Translations under genes and position numbers: made by a program
Shown: positions 15,117 to 17,604 of the stretch, piece after piece
Layout of the letters: each line of letters begins with the position of its first letter
Position numbering within the stretch: the first letter of the stretch is position 1
Assembly: GCA_964450845.1 (NCBI GenBank)
Contig: CAYVGZ010000027.1
Coordinates: 1-17,604 of the forward strand
Direction of reading: 5' to 3'
DNA: 17,604 nt
DNA from: an uncultured Candidatus Bathyarchaeia archaeon
GTDB lineage: Archaea; Thermoproteota; Bathyarchaeia; Bathyarchaeales; Bathycorpusculaceae
The notes under the pieces: model-generated
The model's database searches: none
What the model saw: the letters and a program-made list of their open reading frames with translations, nothing else
What the model was told of the DNA's origin: nothing

Positions 15117-16792
15117 AAGATGGAAGGCGGTTTATACTCGCCAAAAACTTCGCGTAAAGTGTCACATATTTCGCCGAGGGTTACATACTCCTTTACTGAT
15201 TGAAGTATGAAGGGCATGAGGTTCACGTTTTCTTGTTCTGCTGCTCTACGCAGCTTGTTTAGGGCTTCGTCCACTTTAGCTTGGTTTCTTAGCGTTTTTA
15301 CCAGTTTTAGGCGTTCAACAAGCTTCTTCTCGATTTCAGGGTCTATTTGCAAAATCTTTATGGGAGCTTTTTCTTCAGTCGTGAACTCGTTCACGCCTAC
15401 GACTATTCGCTTTTTTGCTTCAACTTCCTTTTGGAAACGGTAGGCACTTTCCATAATCTCATGTTGCATGAAACCTTTTTCAATTGCGGCAACCGCTCCA
15501 CCCATAGCGTCAATTTGTTCGATATATTTTGCAGTTCTCTCTTCAATCTGATTTGTTAAATACTCCACGTAATATGAACCTGCAAGAGGATCAACAGTGT
15601 CGACTACTCCGCTTTCGTACGCTATAATCTGCTGAGTTCTGAGAGCAACTGTCACTGCTTGCTCGCTAGGTAAAGCATACGCCTCATCAAACGAGTTTGT
15701 ATGTAAAGACTGTGTTCCGCCTAAAACTGCTGCCAAAGCTTGAAGCGCCGTTCGAATAATGTTGTTGTAGGGTTGCTGAGCAGTGAGCAAGACGCCTGAG
15801 GTTTGAGTGTGGAAGCGCAACATCCATGAAGCAGGATTTTTGGCTTCGAAACGTTCACGCATGATCCTAGCCCATAATCTCCTTGCAGCTCTGAATTTGG
15901 CGATTTCTTCGAAGAAGTTGTTGTGAGCAGCGAAGAAAAAGGATAATCTGCCTGCAAACTTGTCTAAGTCTAAGCTCCTTTCAATTGCTGCCTGCACGTA
16001 GGCGATTGCGTTTGCAAATGTGAAGGCGATTTCTTGGACAGCAGTGGCGCCTGCCTCGCGGATGTGGTAGCCGCTTATACTGATGGTGTTCCACTGGGGC
16101 ATGTGCTTGGAGCAATGTTCGAAAATGTCCGTAACCAATCGCATTGAAGGCTTAGGTGGAAAAATGTACATGCCTCTAGCTACGTACTCCTTTAAAATGT
16201 CGTTTTGAACTGTTCCGCCAAGCTGAGACTGCTCAATGCCTTTTTTTTGTCCAACCGCAACATACATTGCAAGCAAAACATTTGTAGGAGCATTAATTGT
16301 CATAGAAGTTGTAATCTTGTCCAATGGTATTCCTTCAAAGACGATTTCCATATCTCGCAAAGTGCTTGCGCTTACCCCAGCCTTGCCGACCTCACCACGC
16401 GCCATTGGATGGTCACAGTCATATCCCACTTGAGTTGGAAAATCGAACGCTACGCTTAGCCCCTTTTGACCCTGCTCCAGCAGATATTTGAAGCGTTGGT
16501 TTGTCTGCTCAGCAGTGCCAAAGCCCGCATATTGCCTCATAGTCCATAATCTAGCCCGATACATTGTTGGATAAACGCCACGAATGAGCGGATATTCACC
16601 TGGAAATCCTAAATCCCGCACATAATCAAAATCTGCAATATCCAGCGGAGTATAGATTCGGTTGACCGGGACATTGGAGCTTGTGGAGAATTCACCTTTT
16701 TCAGGAAGCTTTTCGAGACTTTTCGACGCGATTTCTTTTTCCCAGCTCTCTTTGCTCTGCTTAATTTCTTTCAGTTTTTGCTTGTCAAACAA
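15113..16792 (-). CDS. mcmA: Methylmalonyl-CoA mutase large (substrate-binding) subunit, split type
   Basis: [70 protein letters not shown]. No DxHxxG B12-binding domain. TTG start with GGTG upstream. Confidence 0.95.
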   Translation of the reverse strand: MFDKQKLKEIKQSKESWEKEIASKSLEKLPEKGEFSTSSNVPVNRIYTPLDIADFDYVRDLGFPGEYPLIRGVYPTMYRARLWTMRQYAGFGTAEQTNQRFKYLLEQGQKGLSVAFDFPTQVGYDCDHPMARGEVGKAGVSASTLRDMEIVFEGIPLDKITTSMTINAPTNVLLAMYVAVGQKKGIEQSQLGGTVQNDILKEYVARGMYIFPPKPSMRLVTDIFEHCSKHMPQWNTISISGYHIREAGATAVQEIAFTFANAIAYVQAAIERSLDLDKFAGRLSFFFAAHNNFFEEIAKFRAARRLWARIMRERFEAKNPASWMLRFHTQTSGVLLTAQQPYNNIIRTALQALAAVLGGTQSLHTNSFDEAYALPSEQAVTVALRTQQIIAYESGVVDTVDPLAGSYYVEYLTNQIEERTAKYIEQIDAMGGAVAAIEKGFMQHEIMESAYRFQKEVEAKKRIVVGVNEFTTEEKAPIKILQIDPEIEKKLVERLKLVKTLRNQAKVDEALNKLRRAAEQENVNLMPFILQSVKEYVTLGEICDTLREVFGEYKPPSIF

Positions 16793-16843
16793 CTTTCAAA
16801 ACACCAACGATGACTCTGTTTAGGCTTTTTCAATTGTTCCACG

Positions 16844-16858
16844 TATATAGGCGTTTTC
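16844..16858 (-). promoter_or_regulatory. Putative BRE+TATA promoter for the mutase
   Basis: The minus strand reads GAAAACGCCTATATA about 52-66 nt upstream of the TTG at 16792. Confidence 0.5.
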
Positions 16859-16952
16859 TTGAGCAGATAAAATTACGCCAGAGAAAAATTCTTTCGTCCA
16901 TCAATGAAAAAATAGATCAAACTTATTTAAATTCTAACCGCAAAAACATAGT

Positions 16953-16967
16953 GAAACGGATATATAG
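16953..16967 (+). promoter_or_regulatory. Putative BRE+TATA promoter for moaD/SAMP
   Basis: GAAACGGATATATAG lies about 44-58 nt upstream of the TTG at 17011 and closely resembles the divergent mutase element. Confidence 0.5.
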
Positions 16968-17010
16968 CAACTTGAAATCTGAAATAGTATAGAAGCTTAG
17001 AGGTTCAACA

Positions 17011-17301
17011 TTGAAGGTGAAAGTAGAGTTCTTGGGTCACATCAGAAATATAATCGGTAGTGATCGAGAGGAAGAGGTTGAAATTAGCGAGGAAGCTTCA
17101 ATTGCTGATTTATTAACTAAGCTTTCCGAAAAATATGGAAATCCCTTCAAAAAAGCTGTTTACGAAAAAAGTGACACTGACGTAAAATCAAACTACATTA
17201 TCACAGTTAACGGTTATCTGCTTAACCAGTTAAAAGGGCTTGAGACTAAACTTAAAAACAATGATCATGTAACATTGTTGCCCATTGTAAGCGGTGGCTA
17301 G
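17011..17301 (+). CDS. moaD: MoaD/ThiS/SAMP ubiquitin-like (beta-grasp) protein
   Basis: MKVKVEFLGHIR..., ITVNG, and C-terminal LLPIVSGG diglycine. Confidence 0.92.
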   Translation: MKVKVEFLGHIRNIIGSDREEEVEISEEASIADLLTKLSEKYGNPFKKAVYEKSDTDVKSNYIITVNGYLLNQLKGLETKLKNNDHVTLLPIVSGG

Positions 17302-17604
17302 TACTCTTCTTTTTTGTCGATTAAGCCATCCCTTCTAGCCTTGTATTCGGCAATTTTGAAGACAACAAACCCGATAATTATCGTTGCAATCATCGTCAAA
17401 ACCAAATACAATAAATCGGTTTGAATCGAAGACGTAGATTGATGCAATATCGAGAATCTTATACTTCTGAGAAAATATGTGATCGGCAAACCGTTTGAAA
17501 TGGTTTGACCCCAAGAAGGCAAAATTTCTGGCATGAACACGACTCCGCCGAAAAGGTATAGGATGCCTGATACGTATTCTGTTAGCATAAACTGAACTTT
17601 TGAC
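17298..17604 (-). CDS. ABC-2 type transporter permease (C-terminal part; gene runs off the window)
   Basis: The frame is open to the window edge (SKVQFMLTEY...). LFGGVVFMPEILPSWGQTISNGLPITYFLRSIR resembles the ABC-2 permease 'FPxxxLPxW...PxTY' segment and is followed by a terminal TM helix. Confidence 0.8.
   Translation of the reverse strand, partial: SKVQFMLTEYVSGILYLFGGVVFMPEILPSWGQTISNGLPITYFLRSIRFSILHQSTSSIQTDLLYLVLTMIATIIIGFVVFKIAEYKARRDGLIDKKEEY

Noticed and set aside
287-16459. Numerous short ORFs antisense or out of frame within long genes (e.g. 287-586, 1243-1518, 5476-5850, 9250-9477, 13155-13520, 14570-14956)
   Set aside because: They are shadow ORFs of well-supported genes or promoter regions and carry no family motifs.
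4648-16792. 3-hydroxypropionate/4-hydroxybutyrate carbon fixation cycle (carboxylase + epimerase + mutase)
   Set aside because: No malonyl-CoA reductase, 3-HP-CoA enzymes or 4-hydroxybutyryl-CoA dehydratase in the window. The pyruvate CT and TfrAB-like enzyme point elsewhere.
16810-16992. 60-aa ORF in the mutase/moaD intergenic region
   Set aside because: It is low-complexity and AT-rich, has no recognisable motif, and spans both putative promoters.
1-17604. CRISPR arrays, tRNA/rRNA genes, cobalamin riboswitch near the mutase
   Set aside because: No regularly spaced repeats or structured-RNA signatures were seen. Intergenic gaps are short (at most ~220 bp) and AT-rich. A covariance-model search was not run.

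Overview
This is a gene-dense window that is almost certainly archaeal: AGGTGA/GGAGG ribosome-binding sites, BRE+TATA-like promoters, a tungsten AOR, a split methylmalonyl-CoA mutase and a MoaD/SAMP protein. An anaerobic lineage such as Bathyarchaeia is my guess and is not provable from sequence alone. The window holds a propionyl-CoA/methylmalonyl-CoA/succinate cluster. In order: partial AOR, a soluble fumarate reductase/succinate dehydrogenase pair whose B subunit is fused to HdrD-like CCG domains (TfrAB-like), biotin carboxylase (BC) + BCCP-1, a small membrane protein, methylmalonyl-CoA epimerase, biotin ligase, nitroreductase, a PccB/12S-type carboxyltransferase, a three-gene interruption (nucleotidyltransferase, Ogt-like protein, SAM-like/DUF4332 protein), a pyruvate/oxaloacetate (5S/PycB/OadA-type) carboxyltransferase + BCCP-2, the mutase large subunit, MoaD/SAMP and a partial ABC-2 permease. 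The most striking observation is that two unrelated catalytic subunits (BC and the 5S-type CT) end in the same ~40-aa tail (EExAA-helix...GVxA(V/L)I-x8-SxWxLAGR). Each is directly followed by its own BCCP with four beta-hairpin repeats. I infer that this is a split 'BT' docking domain that lets one PccB core work either as an ATP-dependent acyl-CoA carboxylase or as a Wood-Werkman-type transcarboxylase. The 5S-type gene also has no ATG/GTG/TTG upstream of its catalytic motif and appears to start at ACG (13012). No RNA genes, CRISPR arrays or intact mobile elements were seen.
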